In this document: positions 1 to 8,555 of the stretch, in pieces | Numbering within the stretch: position 1 is the stretch's first letter | Layout: the number at the start of each line of letters is the position of its first letter | NCBI GenBank assembly: GCA_016703605.1 | Contig: JADJBU010000008.1 | Coordinates: forward strand, 91,819 to 155,818 | Reading direction: 5' to 3' | Source: Candidatus Villigracilis adiacens | GTDB lineage: Bacteria; Chloroflexota; Anaerolineae; Anaerolineales; Villigracilaceae | DNA length: 64,000 bases | Made by a program: the position numbers and the translations under genes | The notes under the pieces: generated by a model | What the model saw: only the letters and a program-made list of their open reading frames with translations | The model's database searches: none | What the model was told of the DNA's origin: nothing

Positions 1-789
1 TTATGCAAAGTATAGCACGAGCGCAACCGCCGCCCCGAACGCGCCACAGGAGAAATTGACCAGGTCATTGTCCAGCCACTTCCAGCCGCGGAGGTGGACG
101 GTCTCTGCGCCGCAGGTGTGGAGGGGATGTTTCTCGGTCTCTTTTTTATCGGTGGGGCAGTAGTACATGGCTTGGACGGTGCCGCCGATCAGGGAGTCGA
201 AGAGCGAACCAGCCAACCCGGAGATAGTGATCAGTGGGAGGAGTGACCAGTTCCCAGTTAAGAGAGAGGCGAGGAAGGCGATTAACGCTGATCCGGCTAG
301 GGAGGCGAGGGTGCCGACCAGCGAGATTCCGCCCGAGGTGCCTTTTTCCACCGTTTTAAATAAGTTTGTGATCATGCGCGGAGGATTGGGATTCAGCACG
401 CCGAGTTCGGTTGCCCAGGTGTCGGCGTTGACGGCGGCGAGAGAGGCGGCGAAGCCAACCCATACCCAGGGTTCGTTGGGATAAAAATAATGCAATGCGG
501 CGAAGAAGGTGGCGATGCCGCCATTGCCAAAGACCTGACCGGCATCACGCTCATGCCCTTTGGAGAATTTTTCTTCGAGAGCCGCTTTGCGTTTTTTGAA
601 GGCGCGGCTTAACGCGGAGGATGTGATGAAGAAGGTGAGCAATAGAATCGCCCATGCTAAACCGCCGATCCCGAAGATGATTGTGCCGGTGAAGGCGGCG
701 GCAACGGCTCCGCTTTTGTTGAGGCTGCGGGCTTTGTAGGCGAGGAAGGCGATGAGAAGAGCGAGGAGAAAACCGAGGAGGAGTTGCAT
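1..789 (-). CDS. DUF92/TMEM19 family integral membrane protein
   Basis: 262-aa multi-TM ORF with family-typical motifs RDAGQVFGNGG, NADTWATELG, GGISLVGTLAS and DNDLVNF. Confidence 0.85.
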   Translation of the reverse strand: MQLLLGFLLALLIAFLAYKARSLNKSGAVAAAFTGTIIFGIGGLAWAILLLTFFITSSALSRAFKKRKAALEEKFSKGHERDAGQVFGNGGIATFFAALHYFYPNEPWVWVGFAASLAAVNADTWATELGVLNPNPPRMITNLFKTVEKGTSGGISLVGTLASLAGSALIAFLASLLTGNWSLLPLITISGLAGSLFDSLIGGTVQAMYYCPTDKKETEKHPLHTCGAETVHLRGWKWLDNDLVNFSCGAFGAAVALVLYFA

Positions 790-795
790 GGAATG

Positions 796-859
796 GGTTG
801 AAGGTTGCAGGTTGAATGTTGGAAGGTTTTGAACTTGTAACCTTCAACGTTGAACTTTT
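796..859. repeat. Inverted heptamer arrays (GGTTGAA-type) forming a hairpin
   Basis: GGTTGAA GGTTGCA GGTTGAA TGTTGGA followed by AACTTGT AACCTTC AACGTTG; 796-813 matches the reverse complement of 832-849 at 15/18 positions. Confidence 0.75.
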
Positions 860-1766
860 AAACTGGTGTGGTGATGATGAATAGAACGGCTAAAAGAAAA
901 AGCAGGCTGGTGAATGTGCTCGAGCCCCAAACGATGAAGGCGAGCGTTCGTTCGCGGTCCCAGCGATAGAAGTAGAGACCGGCGATCCAACCTGCGACTG
1001 TCAGTAAAAGACTCGCAACCGGGAAGATGATCAGTTGTGAGGAGGGGACAGTTTCTAATGCGCCGCCTGATGCTTGGACACCGAGTGCCACTTGTGGGGT
1101 GGTGGGGATGATCAGGCTTGCCCAAATGAACAAGCCGATGTTGAGAAAGAGCGCCGAAAGCCACAGGTAACGCGCCATGCCGCTTTCCCATGCTTGTGAG
1201 ACGATGAAAGAAGGATAGACCGATTTGGCTTCTGCGGGAGCAAGGCTGCCCAATTCAGTGGCGCGGGCGAAGGTTTGGGTCAGCCCAGCGGGATTGTCTG
1301 GTGAAATTACAAACACGCGTTTGGCGGTTGCGACGATCAAAAGTTTTTTTGCATCTGATGCGATGAATTCCACACTGCCAAGGTCTGGGTGGCGGCGAAT
1401 GCCAAGCAACGCACCAGGCAAAGGCAAAGCAGGCAGGCGGAGCGGGTTGGTCAGATCTTCGGCGGGGCGCATCCATTCGATGTCTGAGAGGGGGATGTCT
1501 TCGACGCGCAAACCCCAATGGATGGCGAGACTGTCGCGGTCTATTTCATAACTTCCGCGATACAGGGCAAAGATGCGATATGCAAAAAAAGGAATCGGCA
1601 CAAATGCCGCCAGCGAGACCAGGAGCCAGATGAGAAAGGCGGGTCCCACGTCGGCGGCGGAGAGTTGGAAGAAGCCGACGATCACCACCGCCGTCAGCGC
1701 GAGGAGGAGGATGCCGTGAATGAGAAGTCCGCGTTGTTTGGGCGGGGGGAATTGTCCGGTGTTCAT
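858..1766 (-). CDS. Membrane protein with bacterial PH (bPH) domain
   Basis: Two N-terminal TM helices, then YEIDRDSLAIHWGLRVEDIPLSDIEWM (bPH-like), then three C-terminal TM helices. Confidence 0.6.
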   Translation of the reverse strand: MNTGQFPPPKQRGLLIHGILLLALTAVVIVGFFQLSAADVGPAFLIWLLVSLAAFVPIPFFAYRIFALYRGSYEIDRDSLAIHWGLRVEDIPLSDIEWMRPAEDLTNPLRLPALPLPGALLGIRRHPDLGSVEFIASDAKKLLIVATAKRVFVISPDNPAGLTQTFARATELGSLAPAEAKSVYPSFIVSQAWESGMARYLWLSALFLNIGLFIWASLIIPTTPQVALGVQASGGALETVPSSQLIIFPVASLLLTVAGWIAGLYFYRWDRERTLAFIVWGSSTFTSLLFLLAVLFIITTPV

Positions 1767-1783
1767 GCCGTCGGAGTTTGGGG

Positions 1784-2257
1784 TTAATCCAGAAAGAGGT
1801 CTTTGATGAAAACGGTCTTTGGGCTTTGTTCCTTGACGATCAGATTCAGTGAGCCGCCCTCGTCGATTCCGTAGACATCCGGGTTGCCCGGCAGTTTGAT
1901 GCGCGACTGGTAATCTTCTCCGTTGACTTTGTAGTCCACCACGGCGTAATAGGAATAATTGCGCCTGCCCTGATTGTTACGCGACGAGGCGGTTTCGTCT
2001 ATGCGCGAGACCCTGCCTTTGATGGTGATTCCCTCGCGAAAAACGGACGTGGCAGCCATATATCGGTATGCCGTCCAAAGAATTCCCGCCAGGCTCAGCA
2101 ACCCGAGCAGATACGGCAGGAACGGGATGGAAATCGTCTCGCCCATGAAATAGGTCGCCAGTTGAAACAGCGGGGGAAAGAGCGCCATGGCAAGCGCGTT
2201 TTTCAGGACGGAGTCTCGCATGATCAGTTTGCCGATGGCGGGTGTTGGGTTTTCCAT
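1784..2257 (-). CDS. DUF3592-like membrane protein (paralog 1)
   Basis: 2 TM helices plus a beta-rich domain with YYAVVDYKVNGEDY; RBS-like AAGGA upstream; aligns with 2515-3003. Confidence 0.6.
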   Translation of the reverse strand: MENPTPAIGKLIMRDSVLKNALAMALFPPLFQLATYFMGETISIPFLPYLLGLLSLAGILWTAYRYMAATSVFREGITIKGRVSRIDETASSRNNQGRRNYSYYAVVDYKVNGEDYQSRIKLPGNPDVYGIDEGGSLNLIVKEQSPKTVFIKDLFLD

Positions 2258-2369
2258 AATGAGTTCCTTTTATGATTACAGTGCAGGGCGTTTTTGATAA
2301 AACACCGCCTGAGTTTTGCCATCGCACAGAGAACGGCGGTAACTACTCAGCCAATTCACTACCTCGCCT

Positions 2370-2456
2370 TGTCATTTCGAGTGGCGCGAGGCGCCACGAG
2401 AAATCTTTCTCAATATTGCGCAAGATTTCTCCTCGCTGGCGCTCGTCGAAATGACA
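2370..2456. repeat. Small palindromic element (TGTCA...TGACA family)
   Basis: Perfect 11-bp terminal inverted repeat TGTCATTTCGA/TCGAAATGACA and inner inverted repeat GAGAAATCTT/AAGATTTCTC. Confidence 0.8.
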
Positions 2457-2514
2457 GGCTGGGTAGTTACGAACGGCGGCAGATTTAGCCCTGACGTATT
2501 CAGTCTCTCCGTAT

Positions 2515-3003
2515 TTAGAAACGGCTGAAATAGACGTTTTTGATCAGGACTTTTTGCGGCGAAGATTCTTTGTACATCAATTCGACTTCCTGCTTGTCGT
2601 GGATGTTATAGACGGAACCGGAATTGGGCATCCGAATTTGCTTTTTATAGGTCTCGCCGTTGACCACGTAACGGACATTGACGTAATACGAATAGCGTTT
2701 GGATTTTACGCGATTCCAATCGTCCTTTTCCTTCGTGACGTGATGATCGAAGCCTTCCACGATTCCCTTCACGGTGACGCCGTCGCGCAGGGTGGAGATG
2801 ACTGTGTTGTATCGAACTGCAAAGACAACCAGCCCCACCAAAGCGACCGGCAACGCCACGGCAAGGACGACCGGCGCTATGGCGGGGTCCGCATAGAATA
2901 CACCGCCCGAAAAAACGAGAGCGATAACCACCGCCTGTATTGCGTACGTGATCGTAAAATCTTTTCGATACAGGGCAACGACGTTCGGTATTTTGTTTTG
3001 CAT
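2515..3003 (-). CDS. DUF3592-like membrane protein (paralog 2)
   Basis: 2 TM helices plus YYVNVRYVVNGETY; aligns end to end with 1784-2257. Confidence 0.6.
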   Translation of the reverse strand: MQNKIPNVVALYRKDFTITYAIQAVVIALVFSGGVFYADPAIAPVVLAVALPVALVGLVVFAVRYNTVISTLRDGVTVKGIVEGFDHHVTKEKDDWNRVKSKRYSYYVNVRYVVNGETYKKQIRMPNSGSVYNIHDKQEVELMYKESSPQKVLIKNVYFSRF

Positions 3004-3006
3004 ATG

Positions 3007-4203
3007 TCACCTCGCGGAAAAAATTTTTATATCCCGGATTTGTTCCAGGACGATTGCCTCGGTGTTTTGCAGGTTTCTTCTTTTCAATTCTACCATCCCG
3101 CTTTGCAGTCCTTTTTCCCCAACCGTCATCCGCGCGGGGCAGCCGATCAGGTCCGCGTCGTTGAACTTGACCCCGGCGCGTTCGTCGCGGTCGTCGAACA
3201 AAACCGAAACGCCGTTGTTTTTCAACGCGTCATAAATTTCTTCGGCTTTGGCTTTCGTATCCATCGTCTTGCCCGGGACGTGCATCAGGTACAGGTCGAA
3301 GGGCGAGGCGGCGGGGGACAGGGTCAAGCCTTTGTCGTCGTGAAAAGTTTCGGCGAGGGCAAGCATCAGATTCGTAAAATCAATCTCATCGCCCGATGCG
3401 ATTTGAATCGCGGACAATATCTCGAGCGGCTTTCCACACTTCGCGCACGCATCCCCGGCTTTAACCTGCGCGAGGTCGGCGACCATGTCCGCCGCATAAT
3501 CGCGCGGAGTGTTCGTATTGAGCAGATGAAAGCCCGGCTCGTTCGCGCCTGCCGCGAGATTCTGCGATTTGGGGATGAGATCGTCCACGAGGATGAGCGC
3601 ATCCTTCAGCCCGATCGGCGACGCATACCCCGCCTCTGCCCCGGACTTTGAAATGGATTCTGCATCCGCAAGTTTTACCCCGCCGACGAGTTTTTCCAGT
3701 TTCGCTTCGCTCAACTGCATGTCGCCACGGAGGACGATGAAGACGAATTTATCATCCGTCTTGCGGACGTACATCAGCGCTTTGGCGGTTTTCTCTTTGG
3801 GGATGTTCAATAAATTCGCCAACGCCTCGATGGTGTTGCAATCCGGCGTGGACACTTTCTCCAGCGGAAGTTCCGCTTTGCGCGGCAGGGGAGTCTTTTT
3901 GAACTGCGCCAGGTCGCGCCGCTCCGTGTAGTGACCGAACGGGCAGATAGCGATTTCCACATCCCCGCTGGAGAGAGGAAAATAAATATCCTGCTCGTTG
4001 TAGCGGATCGGCAATGACAGGTCGAAGATGAAGGAATGGTCAGCCGCCGATTGTTTCAGCCGTTCGATCATCCGCTCGCCCAGCGGCAGGAGTTGATTCT
4101 CGCGGGTCAAATATCCCGCGCGGACGAGCCAGCCAAATCCCTGCGTGCGGGCGTTGTTCGGAAATTCGCGTTGAGTTTGGATTTCGAGTTCGGTGTATCT
4201 CAT
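3007..4203 (-). CDS. Prolyl-tRNA synthetase paralog: editing (INS/YbaK-like) plus anticodon-binding domains, catalytic core largely deleted
   Basis: ProRS-like N-terminus (LVRAGY..LLPLGERM), INS domain (KTAKAL, GYASPIG, AGANEPGFH) and C-terminal DDRDERAGVKFNDADLIG; class II motifs 2 and 3 are absent; 398 aa from the ATG at 4203. Confidence 0.85.
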   Translation of the reverse strand: MRYTELEIQTQREFPNNARTQGFGWLVRAGYLTRENQLLPLGERMIERLKQSAADHSFIFDLSLPIRYNEQDIYFPLSSGDVEIAICPFGHYTERRDLAQFKKTPLPRKAELPLEKVSTPDCNTIEALANLLNIPKEKTAKALMYVRKTDDKFVFIVLRGDMQLSEAKLEKLVGGVKLADAESISKSGAEAGYASPIGLKDALILVDDLIPKSQNLAAGANEPGFHLLNTNTPRDYAADMVADLAQVKAGDACAKCGKPLEILSAIQIASGDEIDFTNLMLALAETFHDDKGLTLSPAASPFDLYLMHVPGKTMDTKAKAEEIYDALKNNGVSVLFDDRDERAGVKFNDADLIGCPARMTVGEKGLQSGMVELKRRNLQNTEAIVLEQIRDIKIFSAR

Positions 4204-4286
4204 GGATGGAAAAGCCCCTTGCAAAAAGTTTATGGACTCCAACGACTCCCGTCGTTGGCTCTCAATCGTCGGAGACGTTCCGGGGG

Positions 4287-4805
4287 TTATGCCTTTTTCT
4301 TCCGCATCAATTTCTGCGTGGTCTCGACAGCCGGAGCCGGTTCCGGGATTTGGATCGGCGTCTGGGCAATGACCTCGGCTTGGGCGGCTTCCGAAGGCGT
4401 GGCTTCAGGAGCAGGCTCGAGATTAAGGTCGACCGATTCTTCCATCCGAATTTGACCGCGCAGGAACGCGCCTTCCTCGGTCACAAAGGCGGTTGTGACC
4501 ACGTCACCCCACACTCGCCCCGTCGCGCGGATTTCCAATTTTTGAGTGGTGATATTTCCGCGCACCGCGCCCGCCACAATGACGGTATTCGCGCGCACGT
4601 TCTGGCAGGTCACGCGTCCCGTCTCACCGACGACGAGCATCCCGCGCAGGGCAATCTCGCCTTCGAACGCGCCCTCGATGCGCACACCGCCCGACCCGTT
4701 GATCGAGCCGTGCCAGATCACGCCCGAGCCAAGCACGGACGTAATCCGCTCCACGGCTTGAACGGGTTGGGCTGTTTCTGCGGGTGTCGTGTTGCGTTTG
4801 AACAT
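4287..4805 (-). CDS. Bactofilin / polymer-forming cytoskeletal protein (CcmA family)
   Basis: ITSVLGSGVIWHGSI..VRIEGAFEGEI..VIVAGAVRGNI..LEIRATGRVWGDV..EEGAFLRG beta-helix signature. Confidence 0.9.
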   Translation of the reverse strand: MFKRNTTPAETAQPVQAVERITSVLGSGVIWHGSINGSGGVRIEGAFEGEIALRGMLVVGETGRVTCQNVRANTVIVAGAVRGNITTQKLEIRATGRVWGDVVTTAFVTEEGAFLRGQIRMEESVDLNLEPAPEATPSEAAQAEVIAQTPIQIPEPAPAVETTQKLMRKKKA

Positions 4806-4856
4806 GGGGGCAATTTTACCTTAAATGAAAAGGACGCTGACGATTCGCCAACGTCC

Positions 4857-4905
4857 CAACTTGTAACTTGTAACTTGTAACTCGTAACTCGTATCTCGTT
4901 ACTCG
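4857..4905. repeat. Heptamer tandem array (TAACTTG/TAACTCG) x7
   Basis: CAACTTG TAACTTG TAACTTG TAACTCG TAACTCG TATCTCG TTACTCG just downstream of the fabI stop. Confidence 0.85.
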
Positions 4906-4908
4906 CTC

Positions 4909-5700
4909 TCACTCCCCCTTCATCCCCATCTGCACGCCCATGATATTGAAACCCGAATCCACGTAAAGGATTTCGCCGGTGATCCGCTTCGAGAGGTCTG
5001 AAGCCAAAAACACTGCCGCGTCGCCCACGTCGTCAATCGTCACATTCTCCTGCATGGGAGACATATCCGCAAAGTGCTTGTACATATCGCGGAAACCGCC
5101 CACGCCCGCCGCCGCCAATGTGCGGATCGCGCCCGCCGAAATCGCATTGACGCGAATCTTCTTCGGTCCCAAATCATATGCCAGGTAGCGGGTGGAAGAT
5201 TCCAACGCCGCCTTCGCCACGCCCATTACGTTGTAGTGGGGGGCAACCTTCACCGCTCCCGACCCATAGGTCAGGCACATGATCGAGCCGCCTTCGTTCA
5301 TAACGGGCAGGAAGGCATTCGTCAACGCCACAAAGGAAAAGACCGAAATATCCAGCGCGTTCTTGAACCCATCCCGGCTGGTTTGATGATACGGCTTGCT
5401 CAACTCGTCGCGCCCCGCGAAGGCAATCGAATGGACGAGGATATCGATCTTCCCAAAATGTTTCGCCGCGCTTTCTGCCGCCGCCGCAATCTGATCGTCC
5501 TTCGTCACATCGCATTCCTCGACCCACTTGCAGTCCACTTTTTCAGCGAGCGGTTTTACGCGCCGTTCGAGCATCTCGCCCGCATAGCTGATGCCGATAT
5601 TCGCGCCTTCGCGCTTGAACGCCTGCGTAATTCCCCATGCAATTGATTTGTCGTTCGCCAGCCCAAAGACCAGCGCGTTCTTGCCTTCAAGTAAACCCAT
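4909..5700 (-). CDS. fabI: Enoyl-ACP reductase FabI
   Basis: GLANDKSIAWGI, LVHSIAFA, YNVMGVAKAALES, RVNAISAGAIRTLA. Confidence 0.95.
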   Translation of the reverse strand: MGLLEGKNALVFGLANDKSIAWGITQAFKREGANIGISYAGEMLERRVKPLAEKVDCKWVEECDVTKDDQIAAAAESAAKHFGKIDILVHSIAFAGRDELSKPYHQTSRDGFKNALDISVFSFVALTNAFLPVMNEGGSIMCLTYGSGAVKVAPHYNVMGVAKAALESSTRYLAYDLGPKKIRVNAISAGAIRTLAAAGVGGFRDMYKHFADMSPMQENVTIDDVGDAAVFLASDLSKRITGEILYVDSGFNIMGVQMGMKGE

Positions 5701-5763
5701 AACTCCTCCGAAAATGTTGCGCAGCGGGCGTTCTCTTACGCCCGCGACGTTAGAGAACGTCGC

Positions 5764-6372
5764 CTACGCCAAATTAATCTTCCAATTTTTTACAACAAAC
5801 CGCCACGGCTTGGAAAACCACGGCTCCGGTGTCTTATTTAACCCCACACGGGGACTAATCGTCACGCTTTTATCGGGGACTTTAACCCCCGCCTCGATCC
5901 ATAGACCTGAGCCTGATTCCGTTAAATCGGCATAATTCTCGCGGATGGTGATTCCCAGCGCCTGAGTCAGTTTCCCCGGACCGAACGTATCCCGCCCCTG
6001 ACGGCGCTTCATCATCACCTCCACGCCTTCCACGGGCTGAATCGCGCGGATCAACACCGCCGCCGGGAAGCCCTCCCGCTCGGTGACGACGTTGAACATC
6101 CAATGATTGCCGTATGTGAAATAAATGTATGCGTGTCCCGGCTCGCCGTACATGGGATCGGTGCGCTTCGTCCGCCCGGCTTTGGCGTGGCAGGCAAGGT
6201 CTTCCTCGCCGATATAACCTTCGGTCTCGGTGATGAGTCCCGCCAGTGTTTTGCCGCGCGAAATATAGACCAGCCGCGCCCCAAGCAATTCGCGGGCGAC
6301 GGTCAGCGTGGGACGGTTGTAGAATTTGCGGGGGAGTGGAAGAGATTTGACCACGGAGATCACAGAAGACAC
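5764..6372 (-). CDS. mpg: DNA-3-methyladenine glycosylase (Mpg/AAG family)
   Basis: VARELLG, ITETEGY, YIYFTYGNH, AVLIRAIQP, GPGKLTQALGI, PRVGL, PWRF. Confidence 0.92.
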   Translation of the reverse strand: MSSVISVVKSLPLPRKFYNRPTLTVARELLGARLVYISRGKTLAGLITETEGYIGEEDLACHAKAGRTKRTDPMYGEPGHAYIYFTYGNHWMFNVVTEREGFPAAVLIRAIQPVEGVEVMMKRRQGRDTFGPGKLTQALGITIRENYADLTESGSGLWIEAGVKVPDKSVTISPRVGLNKTPEPWFSKPWRFVVKNWKINLA

Positions 6373-6379
6373 AGAGAGG
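6350..6379. repeat. Left arm of 9-mer inverted repeat flanking the GxxExxY gene
   Basis: ACCACGGAGAT CACAGAAGA CACAGAGAGG; inverted counterpart at 6814-6841. Confidence 0.8.
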
Positions 6380-6389
6380 ATTTAGAGGA

Positions 6390-6782
6390 TCAGTTAGCGA
6401 GTCTTTTAATGCCGCCGTGTTTGAGCATTTTGACGTTGAAATTCAGCAGTAAACCGATTTTTCCGCCGGAGATTTTCAAGTAGGAAAGCAGTTGTGCTTC
6501 GTGTATGGCAGCCAGACTTTCCACAGATTTTATCTCGACGATAACGGCATCGTTTACCAGCAAGTCCAATTTGTACCCGCAATCCAGGAATATGCCTTTG
6601 TATTTCAAGGGTAGTGGAACTTCTTGTAATGCTTCATATCCGCGTTGAAGTAATTCATATCTCAAACATTTGCGGTAAGCGGATTCCAGCAAGCCCGGAC
6701 CGAGGTTTCGGTGAACCTCGATTGCCGCGCCAATAATGGCTTCGGTGATCTTATTGAGTTCATCCATGCTCAATTGTTTCAT
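6390..6782 (-). CDS. GxxExxY protein (PD-(D/E)XK nuclease-like fold)
   Basis: [10 protein letters not shown] motif, [26 protein letters not shown]; AGGAG RBS before the ATG at 6782. Confidence 0.93.
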   Translation of the reverse strand: MKQLSMDELNKITEAIIGAAIEVHRNLGPGLLESAYRKCLRYELLQRGYEALQEVPLPLKYKGIFLDCGYKLDLLVNDAVIVEIKSVESLAAIHEAQLLSYLKISGGKIGLLLNFNVKMLKHGGIKRLAN

Positions 6783-6813
6783 CGTATCTCCTTCCTGTCT
6801 CAACTCTATTAAA

Positions 6814-6841
6814 CCTCTGTGCTCTCCGTGTTCTCTGTGGT
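6814..6841. repeat. Right arm of 9-mer inverted repeat flanking the GxxExxY gene
   Basis: CCTCTGTG CTCTCCGTG TTCTCTGTGGT; reverse complement is ACCACAGAGAA CACGGAGAG CACAGAGG. Confidence 0.8.
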
Positions 6842-6846
6842 GAATC

Positions 6847-7770
6847 TTACTTGAACCGGGAGTCGCGTTGCAGCGTCAACCTTAACCCTTCCACCAGACT
6901 GATGGAAGGACTAAATCGTAGTTTTTCCTTTGCCAGGGTCAAATCCGCTTTCATGCGCGACAGCCCGCCGGAGGTCTGGGTGTTATACACGACATTGGCT
7001 TTGCTGTCGGTCACGCCCAGCACGGTGCGGATCAAATCCTTTATCGAAGTTTCGACTCCCGAGCCGACGTTGATGACCAGCCCATTCAAATTGGGGGCGG
7101 TTGAGGTGGCGAGCATGGCGCTGACCACATCGTCCACGTAGATGTAGTCGCGGGTCTGGCTCCCGTCGCCGTGAGCGACCAGCGTCCCGCCGCGCAGCGC
7201 CTGTTTGAGGTAGTGCGGCACCACAGGCGGATGCGAGGGCGGCAGGTGCTGCCCCGGCCCATACGCGTTGAAGATGCGCAAGCTGACAGTTTCAATATTC
7301 CATAAATTACCAATGGTGCGGACGTAATGCTCTGCTGCGATTTTCGAAACAGCGTACGGCGAGCGCGGGTTGGGGGTGTCGCTTTCTTTCAAACCGCCGT
7401 CGTTCATATCGCCGTAGACCGCGCCGGAGGAGGCAAGCACAACGCGTTTGACGCCCACGTCGCGCATGGCTTCCATGAGCGCCACCGTCCCGCCGACGTT
7501 TGCGGCGTTGTAGTCGCGCGGGTATAGGATCGACTCCTGGACGGAGACCCGAGCCGCGAGGTGGTAGACCACGTCCACGTCCTGGAGCAAAGTCCACAGC
7601 TTGGGGCGGTCGCCCACATCCCCGCGGGTGAAGTGAACCTCGGAAGATAAAATCCTGGGGTCGCCGGTGGAGAGATCGTCCAGCCCGCGCACTTGATGAC
7701 CCTCGCGGGCCAGATGGTTGGCAAGCGAAGAGCCGAGGAATCCCGCGGCTCCGGTAATGAGAAAGTTCAT
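6847..7770 (-). CDS. NAD-dependent nucleotide-sugar epimerase/dehydratase (extended SDR)
   Basis: [20 protein letters not shown] (YxxxK), [19 protein letters not shown]. Confidence 0.9.
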   Translation of the reverse strand: MNFLITGAAGFLGSSLANHLAREGHQVRGLDDLSTGDPRILSSEVHFTRGDVGDRPKLWTLLQDVDVVYHLAARVSVQESILYPRDYNAANVGGTVALMEAMRDVGVKRVVLASSGAVYGDMNDGGLKESDTPNPRSPYAVSKIAAEHYVRTIGNLWNIETVSLRIFNAYGPGQHLPPSHPPVVPHYLKQALRGGTLVAHGDGSQTRDYIYVDDVVSAMLATSTAPNLNGLVINVGSGVETSIKDLIRTVLGVTDSKANVVYNTQTSGGLSRMKADLTLAKEKLRFSPSISLVEGLRLTLQRDSRFK

Positions 7771-7811
7771 AGGCAGGAGATTATACTCTCGATATTCGCC
7801 CTGCTTTTTGA

Positions 7812-7840
7812 TTGACGTATGCCGTTCCGTGTGTTATTGT
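7812..7840 (+). promoter_or_regulatory. Sigma70-type promoter upstream of cspA
   Basis: TTGACG-17 nt-TATTGT with an extended -10 TG at 7832-7833. Confidence 0.6.
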
Positions 7841-7886
7841 TGAGCCAGATAGGAAAACGGTAGGTTACGTTGGTTTGAAGAACATC

Positions 7887-7923
7887 AGCGGCTCGCGGTT
7901 TGACTGCGGGTCGCTTTGTTTTA
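7887..7923 (+). terminator. Terminator/attenuator-like hairpin in the cspA leader region
   Basis: AGCGGCTCGCGGT-TTG-ACTGCGGGTCGCT (stem with G-U pairs) followed by TTGTTTT. Confidence 0.5.
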
Positions 7924-8000
7924 TCCTCCGATGGAACAAACAGATTTGCCTATAAAATGCCCGCAAGGGTATAAAATCTCAATTGCCATAGGAGGCAAAC

Positions 8001-8213
8001 ATGTCTGACAGAATTATTGGAACAGTGAAGTGGTTCAACGGCGACAAGGGCTACGGCTTCATCGAACGCGAAGGCGGACCCGATGTTTTCGTCCACTTCT
8101 CCGCCATCCAGGGTGACGGTTACCGGAACCTGCAGGAAGGCCAGAAGGTCGAATTCACCGTCGAGAAGGGACCGAAAGGTCCGCAAGCCAGCAACGTCAC
8201 TGTTCTGGGCTAA
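8001..8213 (+). CDS. cspA: Cold-shock protein (CspA family)
   Basis: [15 protein letters not shown] (RNP1), DVFVHFSAI (RNP2); AGGAGG RBS. Confidence 0.97.
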   Translation: MSDRIIGTVKWFNGDKGYGFIEREGGPDVFVHFSAIQGDGYRNLQEGQKVEFTVEKGPKGPQASNVTVLG

Positions 8214-8217
8214 AGAC

Positions 8218-8253
8218 AAAAAAGACGCCCCGCAATTTTGCGGGGCGTCTTTT
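8218..8253 (+). terminator. Bidirectional rho-independent terminator after cspA
   Basis: AAAAGACGCCCCGCA-ATTT-TGCGGGGCGTCTTTT. Confidence 0.85.
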
Positions 8254-8344
8254 GCATTAAAACCCGTGTATTAAGACTTGGTCAGAACGGACGCAGAATA
8301 ATTACAGCGTAAATTTAGTTTCTGAATAACCTTCTATGATTACG

Positions 8345-8510
8345 TATCACCCTGAGCCGCTAGGCGAAGGGTCTCTGGGATTGGCGTAGAGATGCTTCGT
8401 GGCGTCTTGCGCTCCAAAGTCTGGAGATGCCGTGCGGCGTCACGGCGCCGTTTTGGACTCCAGTTTCATCCCTTCGGCTTCGCCCAGGACAAGCCTTCGG
8501 GATGAAACTC
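8345..8510. repeat. Composite palindromic element (TCACCCTGAG...GCGAAGGG family with nested hairpins)
   Basis: Starts TATCACCCTGAGCCGCTAGGCGAAGGG (similar to 46598-46620); contains AGTTTCATCCC...GGGATGAAACT and a 40-nt segment resembling 46845-46886. Confidence 0.6.
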
Positions 8511-8555
8511 GTTTCATGAATACTCTGTGGCAAAAAAGAGTTAGGAATCAGTCTC

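Noticed and set aside
4204-4286. T-box riboswitch upstream of the ProRS-like gene
   Set aside because: The gap is only 83 nt, has no T-box or specifier features, and is occupied by a REP-like hairpin.
4287-4805. Bactofilin as a novelty
   Set aside because: Bactofilins are widespread, and this copy has an ordinary architecture.
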